From Promethearchaeum syntrophicum (GTDB lineage Archaea > Asgardarchaeota > Lokiarchaeia > Sigyniarchaeales > Promethearchaeaceae): 32,000 nt of DNA. Both the position numbers and the translations under genes were made by a program. The notes under the pieces were generated by a model. It had not been told where the DNA came from and made no database searches. It was given only the letters and a program-made list of their open reading frames with translations. Shown here piece by piece: positions 18,712 to 26,414 of this stretch (positions within the stretch are counted from its first letter, which is position 1; every line of letters begins with the position of its first letter). The stretch covers positions 4,260,001-4,292,000 of the forward strand of contig NZ_CP042905.2 in the NCBI RefSeq assembly GCF_008000775.2. The letters are read 5' to 3'.

Positions 18712-20337
18712 TTAGAATTCGTGCAAATCCGTAAAAATAGGGGTTAAACTCTTTAAAAATTGAAGGGAATTTTGCTTTTTCACTCTTTTATAAAGAGGAT
18801 TCTCTGGGAAAACTAAGAAATTTTGATTTTTTCTAAATAATTGTATAATATTTACTAATTTTCTTCCCGAAAACCGATTAAGTTGATGGAAATCGATTAA
18901 TAAAATTTTAAACAATTTAGAAATCATACCATCACTAACCCAAACTATGGAAGATACAAAGGTTATTTTATCAGAAAATTCAGTTCTAATTTGTGAAAGA
19001 ATAGACTTTTTGTTATTTTCCCCTTTAGAACGCTCGAGATTATTGTTTTTTATAGACCCAATAATATTTTGAAGTTTCTCATCAAGAATATATTCTATTT
19101 TTTTTATCACACCATCATTCATTGAAACATTAAAACCATAAATTTTATCCATTTTTTGAGTGTCCACTAAATTTGGAAGTTTTTTCCCTGTTAATAATAA
19201 AATATCTCCACTAAGATTAAAAAACATACATAATATCGAGTGTAGGAGTGTAGGAATTGACCAAAATGACAATTTTCGAGGATTGATATAAAAACCCAGA
19301 AAATAAATCCAAAATCTAATATTATTGTTATATATATAGGGTTTAGGAGACATATTCCATGGATTTCCAATATTCCTATAAAAATTCAAAAATTTTTCCT
19401 CAATTAGAATAAGTCTATCTTTTTGGATAGGAAATTGTGACTGAATCACCTCAAATATTAGCTCTTTTATATCTTTTAATTGGAAGATAAAATTAAGCTT
19501 AGTATTGCAATCTTTTTTCAAAAATTTAAGAATAGTTTCCTCTGTATTATTTGAACTGATTTTTGAAAAGATATGATCAGGTACTGGGTTGAATTGAATT
19601 GAAATCCTCGATTGAGAGATATTTATGAAATAAGGAAGAAATGCAGAATCTTCTTTTAGTCTAAAGGTAACAGTCATTTTAGATTTTGGTAAATATCTTC
19701 TAAAAGCTTTCATGAGATCAAAATAGGAAAAATTTCCAAAATAATCATGAAAATTGGAGAGAAAATCGAATACTGGGGAGGGAGGATAGCATAATAATAA
19801 TTGCTGATTTCGATTTTTAACAATTACATCTAAATATTCCCCAATCATCTTTAAAAAACCTCTATTAACACCATTTTTAAAATATTTCTCATGAATTGAG
19901 ACAAAATCGTTTATAGCTGCTAAGGGAATTATTCTTAAGTTTCCAATATCAACGCTATATGTCTTTTTTACCCAAACTCGAAGGATATTGTAGATTTCAT
20001 TCACATTTTTTAAATTGGTAGAGAAATTAGGTAATGTATCAACTTCAATCTTTTTTGTTTCTATGTACATGCCATCTTTATTTGATTTATGAAGGGTACA
20101 ATTACGTATTTCATCATTATCATCAACTATTAATTCAATTGAATTTGAATTAGAGTTCATTAATATCGGATATAATTCTAACCAAAGAAAATAAAAGGTT
20201 TTGATATCAATATCTAAAGATAATAAAGGAATTCTCGCTCCAAGGTTTAAGAATTTTTTATTAATCGTATAACCGTGGGCTCCACTTAATATTCGATTCC
20301 AATTATTCGAAGTTTCTTTTATTAGAGAATTATCCAT
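18712..20337 (-). CDS. Uncharacterised protein (541 aa), no recognisable domain
   Basis: Long ORF with ATG start; overlaps the upstream gene by 8 nt. Last gene of a four-gene minus-strand block. Confidence 0.7.
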   Translation of the reverse strand: MDNSLIKETSNNWNRILSGAHGYTINKKFLNLGARIPLLSLDIDIKTFYFLWLELYPILMNSNSNSIELIVDDNDEIRNCTLHKSNKDGMYIETKKIEVDTLPNFSTNLKNVNEIYNILRVWVKKTYSVDIGNLRIIPLAAINDFVSIHEKYFKNGVNRGFLKMIGEYLDVIVKNRNQQLLLCYPPSPVFDFLSNFHDYFGNFSYFDLMKAFRRYLPKSKMTVTFRLKEDSAFLPYFINISQSRISIQFNPVPDHIFSKISSNNTEETILKFLKKDCNTKLNFIFQLKDIKELIFEVIQSQFPIQKDRLILIEEKFLNFYRNIGNPWNMSPKPYIYNNNIRFWIYFLGFYINPRKLSFWSIPTLLHSILCMFFNLSGDILLLTGKKLPNLVDTQKMDKIYGFNVSMNDGVIKKIEYILDEKLQNIIGSIKNNNLERSKGENNKKSILSQIRTEFSDKITFVSSIVWVSDGMISKLFKILLIDFHQLNRFSGRKLVNIIQLFRKNQNFLVFPENPLYKRVKKQNSLQFLKSLTPIFTDLHEF

Positions 20338-22105
20338 TTACATCCCCCTCAATATATTTTTTCTTTATCCTCTTTACATTCTTTTTATAATTAAGGTCAA
20401 GTCGGTTCAAATTCCTTTTTAATTCATTATTAATTGTCTTAAGTTCCATTTGGTTTTTTGATTTTAATGGTTTATTTTTTTCTTTCTCTCGTTTCTTTAA
20501 TTTTTTCTTTGAATCACTTATGTTTGCTTTTATTTTTCTTTTATTATATTTCGGGAATGCATAAAATTCACGGGATATCTGAATAAAAAGGTTTAATGTT
20601 GAAATTTGTTTATTCTTCCAAAAATGGGATAGAGAAATGAGAGGATCCCATCCAAGAGGGGGATTACCAGGAATTTCCAATACCCTTTCGTTAAAGGCTA
20701 CATCTAATATTTTATTTTGAATAGATTGTTTTTTGTGTTTTGCAATTATATTTGTCCTCATTTTCTCAATTTGGTATTGATATTTATTGATTTTTAATTC
20801 CATTTTCATTTGCAATTTAACTTTGGTGGCTTCTTTGTCACTTTTAGCTGCTTCATCAGAAGTTTGCACAATATTATTTAGTGTATCTATTAATCCACTA
20901 TATTTTTTTCTAGTTTTTTCAACTTTTTGACGAGTTTTTCTTTGCTGAATTAAGATGGCTTTCTCCAACTCATCACCTTCTAAAGTCTCACCAACACCGA
21001 ATTCAAATCCCATTAAATTGATCAATTCAAAGATTTTCCCAGATATATTTCTAAATTTATATTTTTTTGTGGATTTAATTGCGGAGTCTCCAAAAACTAT
21101 TATATCACAATTAATCTCAGGATCTGGAGGATTAGTACCTGCTAAAATTGCCCAATTTCCAAAATTTGAGGCATCTTTTAGAAAAAGATTTTTAATCATG
21201 AAAAGAAATTGCAATAGAGCATATCGTTCACTGCTATTCAAATCTCCAGTATACACAGTTAATCCTTCTATATTTATATTAGTTGGTTCTATTTCAGAGA
21301 ATTTAATTAAAGGATTGTCCATTTGCATTTGAGATATTAAATTTATTGAATTTCTATCAATCAGGTTAAGTTCAGAAGCTTTTCTTAGAAATAAGTTCAG
21401 GGCTGGATCCAATCCAAAATGTTCATATGTAATCCAATCAACAGCCATAATGTTATTCGATATAATTATATTATTTGTTTTTACACATTTTGTAGTATTC
21501 CATGCAATTGGACCATTTCCTGTTAGAAGATAATAACTATCATTGATATATAAAGTTGGGATTTTTCGCTCAAGAAATTCAAAAACATGTTGAACTCTTT
21601 CTTCTCCAAAAATAGCATTATAATTCAATATATCATTCCATCTTTTCTTAGGAGATTTAATATTCCACAACATGAAGGAAGAACATGTCAATTTCCATAA
21701 TGGATCTGTTCTTATCTGTGATAAACATATAATTTTTGTGACTTCTTCTATAACAGGTGCAGAAAATTTGTAGAGTTCTTCGTATGTAATTGATGTAGCA
21801 CCATAATTTTGAATTAAATCTTCCAAACCTAAGGATTTCAAAGCTTTTTTTTGGTCTATCCCCCACATTACACCTGGTAAAATTTGAATTTTGGAAACAC
21901 CGATTATTTTGATGTTGTTAAGTAAACAATCTAATGTTTCTTGATTGATTGAGGAAGGACATGTAAAAGGACAATGAAGATCGATTAAAATAAGAACAGC
22001 ATCTTCTTTAGAAATAAATTTTGATAAACCTCCTAGAAGATTAAGTCCATTATTTAACGTCTCAGTTGGATTATTTCCTTCTGCAATTGCGACCGTATTA
22101 TTCAT
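20330..22105 (-). CDS. Divergent DUF362-like protein with C-terminal charged coiled-coil extension
   Basis: Track start at 22111 is GTG; ATG at 22105. N-terminus MNNTVAIAEGNNPTETLNNGLNLLGGLSKFISKEDAVLILIDLHCPF follows the DUF362 pattern (V.IvkG..p...v..al.llGG...fvkkgd.VlIKPN) without KPN; also SYYLLTGNGPIAWN, NIIISNNIMAVDWITYEHFGLDP. C-terminal ~200 aa is Lys/Glu/Gln-rich helical. Confidence 0.65.
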   Translation of the reverse strand: MNNTVAIAEGNNPTETLNNGLNLLGGLSKFISKEDAVLILIDLHCPFTCPSSINQETLDCLLNNIKIIGVSKIQILPGVMWGIDQKKALKSLGLEDLIQNYGATSITYEELYKFSAPVIEEVTKIICLSQIRTDPLWKLTCSSFMLWNIKSPKKRWNDILNYNAIFGEERVQHVFEFLERKIPTLYINDSYYLLTGNGPIAWNTTKCVKTNNIIISNNIMAVDWITYEHFGLDPALNLFLRKASELNLIDRNSINLISQMQMDNPLIKFSEIEPTNINIEGLTVYTGDLNSSERYALLQFLFMIKNLFLKDASNFGNWAILAGTNPPDPEINCDIIVFGDSAIKSTKKYKFRNISGKIFELINLMGFEFGVGETLEGDELEKAILIQQRKTRQKVEKTRKKYSGLIDTLNNIVQTSDEAAKSDKEATKVKLQMKMELKINKYQYQIEKMRTNIIAKHKKQSIQNKILDVAFNERVLEIPGNPPLGWDPLISLSHFWKNKQISTLNLFIQISREFYAFPKYNKRKIKANISDSKKKLKKREKEKNKPLKSKNQMELKTINNELKRNLNRLDLNYKKNVKRIKKKYIEGDVNG

Positions 22106-22140
22106 TCTCACTTTAAAATTAGATTTTGATGGTTAATAAC

Positions 22141-23439
22141 TTATTTTTTTGAATATCGAGTTTTCACCTTTCCAGCTTGTGATAGATGCTCACCATATGC
22201 TTTACCTATTTTGCTTAATTTCCCGATTATTTTTAAAATTGATGGATCTAAGATACCTTTAGGTTCATTTGAGAATGGTGTTCCAGGTAAAGGCATGAAT
22301 GTATGAGTATGAATTTTAACGTTTTTATATTTCCCTTCCAGAATTTCATTGAAAAAATTAAGGTTTTCTTTGATATCTTCTTTATTCTCTCCTGGAAATC
22401 CAAATATAAAATCTAACTCTATATTGAATTTAAATTCATTTAGCAATAAAATCGCCTTTTTAACTTGTTCAAATGTATGCCCCCGTTGAACACTGCGCAA
22501 TAATCGATTTGATGCCGATTGAGCACCGATTAAAATCTTTTTATTTGAAAGAAAGGGGGCAACGGTTTCTAAAACTTCATAAGTAACTGATTCTGGACGA
22601 ACTTCACTTGGAAATGTTCCAAAATAGATTCCCTTAATTGCGGGAATTGCATGAATTTGGGAAAGTAAATCAAAAAGAGCGTTTATATCTGGTGTAACCC
22701 CATTTCTTGAACCGTACCCAAAAGAATTTGGGGATAAAAACCAAACCTTATCAAATTTTATTTCACTGGCCATTCTCACCCATTTTACTATATTCTCAAC
22801 TGAAGCATGGCGCATTTTATTTGCACGATTACCTGTTTGACAAAATTTACACCGAAAGGGACAGCCTCTTGAGATTTCAATAGGTCCAAATAACCGAAAT
22901 TTTGCAGAAAATGGAGGATATTTGCCAACCTCTATTAATTTTGGTTGATTAGCGGGAATATAAATGGGAAATCCTCTTGATAGTCCAGAAATTAATTGTG
23001 TTTCAATCTTCTCCTTTGAAGTTCCTATAAGAACATGAAGAAGTTGAGAAAACGCATATTCTCCTTCATCAGGAATTATAAAATCTATTTTAAATCTTGC
23101 AAAATCTTCAGGAGATGCTGCAACATGAGAACCACCTACGATGGTTATTATTTTTGGATGGAATTTATTAAAAAAATTGTTGTGATTTATATTAAATTCT
23201 TCAAATTGCGGTATTTGAACTGAAAGGAGCGAATATGCTAAAATAACATAATCATATTTCTTGAAATCTATTTTCTCAAAATAGGCTTGATGAAGATGAG
23301 ATTTGTATAAATGAAATGGTAATGGATGGAAAGAATATTGATCCATAAGAACAGGATCAGATTCTAGATAACCCATCAAAATGCTCCATGTATACCGATT
23401 TGGTTTATCATACCCAAATAAAACTAAGGCTTTTGGCAT
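22141..23439 (-). CDS. B12-binding-domain radical SAM protein (MJ_1487/TIGR04013-like)
   Basis: CxxxCxxC in EISRGCPFRCKFCQTGN; LDFIFGFPGENKEDI; N-terminal Rossmann-like B12-type domain (KYDYVILAYSLLSVQIPQ, IVGGSHVAASPEDFARFKIDFIIPDEGEYAFSQLL). Track start TTG at 23445; ATG at 23439. Confidence 0.82.
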   Translation of the reverse strand: MPKALVLFGYDKPNRYTWSILMGYLESDPVLMDQYSFHPLPFHLYKSHLHQAYFEKIDFKKYDYVILAYSLLSVQIPQFEEFNINHNNFFNKFHPKIITIVGGSHVAASPEDFARFKIDFIIPDEGEYAFSQLLHVLIGTSKEKIETQLISGLSRGFPIYIPANQPKLIEVGKYPPFSAKFRLFGPIEISRGCPFRCKFCQTGNRANKMRHASVENIVKWVRMASEIKFDKVWFLSPNSFGYGSRNGVTPDINALFDLLSQIHAIPAIKGIYFGTFPSEVRPESVTYEVLETVAPFLSNKKILIGAQSASNRLLRSVQRGHTFEQVKKAILLLNEFKFNIELDFIFGFPGENKEDIKENLNFFNEILEGKYKNVKIHTHTFMPLPGTPFSNEPKGILDPSILKIIGKLSKIGKAYGEHLSQAGKVKTRYSKK

Positions 23440-23441
23440 TA

Positions 23442-23966
23442 TCAATTAGTTATTTCTTTAACTGAATTAATTTTTCGATTTATGAAATATTCAATAAAAT
23501 TCCTGTATTCAATTAGAGAATCAAAATTATTGAACTTGACGATAATTTTAACACTATTTTTTCGATAAATTTCAATATCTTTAATATTTAAGCTAGTAAA
23601 ATGCAGAATTAAGTGATCTACTAAATCATTTGAATGCTCAGAGATCAGTGAAAAAAAAATTTCTAAACCACTTTTAGGAAAAGATTGGACTGATAGATCA
23701 GAAGAAACTTGAAAATAATTTTCCTCACGTTTTTCAAAATTTTGTTTAATCAAATTCATTTTATCTTCAAAGCAAACGGGAAGAAATTCTAAAAATCCTT
23801 TATAACTTTTAAAAACAATTATTAACCCATTTTCAATCGATTCAATATAAAGTTTAGAGATTGGCTGTTTTTCAAAGCAATAATTCAAGAGACTATTATA
23901 TTTAATGAAATTCTTAAATATTGATTTGTATTTTATTGAGGATGTTATCCGTAATATTATTTTCAT
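23442..23966 (-). CDS. Uncharacterised 174 aa protein, first gene of the radical SAM/DUF362-like block
   Basis: ATG-initiated ORF ending 2 nt before the ATG of the radical SAM gene. No recognisable domain. Confidence 0.6.
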   Translation of the reverse strand: MKIILRITSSIKYKSIFKNFIKYNSLLNYCFEKQPISKLYIESIENGLIIVFKSYKGFLEFLPVCFEDKMNLIKQNFEKREENYFQVSSDLSVQSFPKSGLEIFFSLISEHSNDLVDHLILHFTSLNIKDIEIYRKNSVKIIVKFNNFDSLIEYRNFIEYFINRKINSVKEITN

Positions 23967-24072
23967 GTGGTAATGAACAAATCCTAATTCATTCCTAAAT
24001 TTCTTTTGATAATATCTATTTTGAAAACAAATGCTTTTTAATTCATCCGAACAAGTTTAAAACTGAGTTATA

Positions 24073-24468
24073 ATGGCAAAACTTGATCTGGTGATTCTTA
24101 AAAAAAAATTTGCAATATGTCAACTTTCTCCAAAGGATTCGATACCAGATCCCTCAAATCTTGGTGATTTCTGGTCAATCACAAAAACTGATGATGAAAT
24201 TTCACTAATTGTCCCAGAAAATAAAATTCCTCATGTTAATTGCAAAACAGAAAAAAGTTGGCGAGCAATTAAGATAATTGGTCCATTATATTTCAGCTTA
24301 ACTGGAATAATTGCTACATTATCAACCGCACTTGCAAAAGCAGGAATTAGTATTTTTGCTTTTTCTACATATAATACTGATTATGTTTTGGTTAAAGAGA
24401 AAAATGTTGAACAATCAATAGAAGTTCTTGAAAAAAGTGGACACAAAATAATTGAATTACACCAATGA
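24073..24468 (+). CDS. ACT-domain protein (ACT_7/CASTOR-like)
   Basis: WRAIKIIGPLYFSLTGIIATLSTALAKAGISIFAFSTYNTDYVLVKEKNVEQSIEVLEKSGHKI is a typical small-molecule-binding ACT segment. Confidence 0.75.
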   Translation: MAKLDLVILKKKFAICQLSPKDSIPDPSNLGDFWSITKTDDEISLIVPENKIPHVNCKTEKSWRAIKIIGPLYFSLTGIIATLSTALAKAGISIFAFSTYNTDYVLVKEKNVEQSIEVLEKSGHKIIELHQ

Positions 24469-24675
24469 TGAATCAATTGAGCCATCAGGCAACAAATTAT
24501 CGGGATGAGACACCCCTGCTTCTTCTTTTTGATATCTAATGCAATTTGTATTCCCAATTAAACAATAATTATCAACCCAGTAGGAATCCAATTTCTTTTC
24601 ATCAGTAAAATATTTTATTGGACAGCAATAATACCATTTACAAATTCTATAATTAGGGGTCATTTTATATTTCAT
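24457..24675 (-). CDS. Small Cys-rich conserved-type protein (72 aa)
   Basis: CKWYYCCPIKYFTDEKKLDSYWVDNYCLIGNTNCIRYQKEEAGVSHPDNLLPDG; start overlaps the stop of the upstream aminotransferase by 4 nt. Confidence 0.65.
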   Translation of the reverse strand: MKYKMTPNYRICKWYYCCPIKYFTDEKKLDSYWVDNYCLIGNTNCIRYQKEEAGVSHPDNLLPDGSIDSSLV

Positions 24676-25835
24676 GTTAGAGATCTTTTCTTTAAAAAGC
24701 GTTCTATTCGATTAAAGCCTTCTTCTAATAGTTCATCTGAGGTTGCATATGAAATCCTAAGCGAATAATCAGAATATGACCCAAATCCATTTCCAGGAAC
24801 ACAGGCAACGTGTTCTTCCTTAACTAGATCATTGGAAAACACTTCACTTGTCATATTCCAATTAGGATTTAACCTTGGCATGATGTAAAATGCCCCATAA
24901 GGTTCTACAACATCGAATTGTAACTCTTTTAAGCGTTTTAAGGTAAATTTTCTTTTTTTATCATAATTCTGGAGAATTTGAGGTATATCAGGGTTTCCTT
25001 TTGTTAATGCTTCTATTGCACCATACTGAGTAGGATGATTTACTCCTGCAGCTGTATATTGACCATATTTTTCCATTAATTCAATTATTTCTTTATTGGC
25101 CGCTACATATCCAAGACGAAGCCCAGTAGCACCAAATGTTTTACTTAGTGCATTTAAAGTGAGTGTTCTGTCCATCATTTCATCATAAGAACCAGGACTT
25201 ATATGAATGTGATCGTTATAAAGAAAATTTTCATAAACTTCATCGCTCACTAAGTACAGATCATTTTCAAGCACAATTTGGACCAATTCATCCATTTGTT
25301 TTTTTGAATAGACATACCCAGTTGGATTATTTGGTGAATTAATCATTATAAACTTTGTTTTGGGAGTAATAGCTTTACGAATTGCATCCAAGTTTGGACC
25401 ATAATTCTCCAATCTTGGAACTTCGACCAATTTAAGATGATAATAACTTGCTAGATAAATATATGAAAGAAAATTTGGGCTTGACATTATCATTTCATCA
25501 CCAGGATTGCTCAATACTGCAAAAGATAACTGCAGGGCTTGACTTCCTCCATTGGTAATCATAATATTTTCATTTTCTACCCCTTTCATATTATTTTCCT
25601 TCTGAAATTTCTGGGCAACAACTCTCCTTAATGTGGGTAACCCTAAAGCAGGAGCATATTGAGTCTTATGCTCATTTAATGCCTTAATTATTTCTTTATT
25701 TACGAAATCAGGGCTTGTAAAATCCGGTTGACCGATACCAAATGATATCCCATCAGAGCTTTGTAATAATAATTCAAATAATTTTCTAATTGCACTTTTT
25801 TGGGAATTGAGAATTGCATCTGAAAGTTGTTTCAT
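24672..25835 (-). CDS. PLP-dependent class I/II aminotransferase
   Basis: GIGQPDFTSPDFV, TNGGSQALQLSFAVL, NSPNNPTGYVYS, SDEVYENFLY, LNALSKTFGATGLRLGYVAA (PLP Lys), LRISYATS. Confidence 0.92.
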   Translation of the reverse strand: MKQLSDAILNSQKSAIRKLFELLLQSSDGISFGIGQPDFTSPDFVNKEIIKALNEHKTQYAPALGLPTLRRVVAQKFQKENNMKGVENENIMITNGGSQALQLSFAVLSNPGDEMIMSSPNFLSYIYLASYYHLKLVEVPRLENYGPNLDAIRKAITPKTKFIMINSPNNPTGYVYSKKQMDELVQIVLENDLYLVSDEVYENFLYNDHIHISPGSYDEMMDRTLTLNALSKTFGATGLRLGYVAANKEIIELMEKYGQYTAAGVNHPTQYGAIEALTKGNPDIPQILQNYDKKRKFTLKRLKELQFDVVEPYGAFYIMPRLNPNWNMTSEVFSNDLVKEEHVACVPGNGFGSYSDYSLRISYATSDELLEEGFNRIERFLKKRSLT

Positions 25836-26039
25836 TATGATTTTTCCTCTTGATTAAGTTTTAGGTAAATTAGTAATAAATTTTACAATTGTGGGAAAAT
25901 CGTGGGCCAATTTTAAAATAACAGAATCTCTTCTTCCATCAAAATTTTTTTTTTAATTGTTAAATCGACGCCTTTTTATATCTGAATTTAGTTAATCTAT
26001 AAGGACATTTTTATAGAGAAAAAATAGGGGAAAAAAAAC

Positions 26040-26264
26040 ATGAAGAGAATATTTTGGGGGTTTATCATTATAGGAATTATTTTGAGCATTGCTTCAATTT
26101 TCCTTGCAGAAAGTCAACCTTTATTAGTGGTGGGTTTCTTTGGATTATATTTACTTGCAATGTGGGCGACTTTTACATATTTGTTTGACAATATTAAAGT
26201 TAAACGTGAACTACCGGAATTACTACCGGAATTACTTAATCAAAAAAACATTATTGCGAAGTAG
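26040..26264 (+). CDS. Small two-TM membrane protein (74 aa)
   Basis: ATG start, two hydrophobic segments, charged tail DNIKVKRELPELLPELLNQKN; well placed in an otherwise empty gap. Confidence 0.5.
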   Translation: MKRIFWGFIIIGIILSIASIFLAESQPLLVVGFFGLYLLAMWATFTYLFDNIKVKRELPELLPELLNQKNIIAK

Positions 26265-26414
26265 GAATTCCTTTTTTTCATTTCATAAACCAATCAGTTC
26301 AAATCTGTATTTTACTCTTCTACAATCTAATTTCTAAGTATAGTATATATTTAATACGAAAGATTTAAATTTTTAAAATTCAAAATTAAATTTCATATAA
26401 ATTAAGTGATATTT

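Noticed and set aside
20955-21332. 125 aa plus-strand ORF opposite the DUF362-like gene
   Set aside because: Frame on the other strand continues the DUF362 pattern through this region; the antisense ORF shows no motif.
24073-25835. Treating ACT protein, Cys-rich protein and aminotransferase as a defined regulatory system
   Set aside because: ACT gene is on the opposite strand and only convergent overlap is seen; reported only as separate observations.
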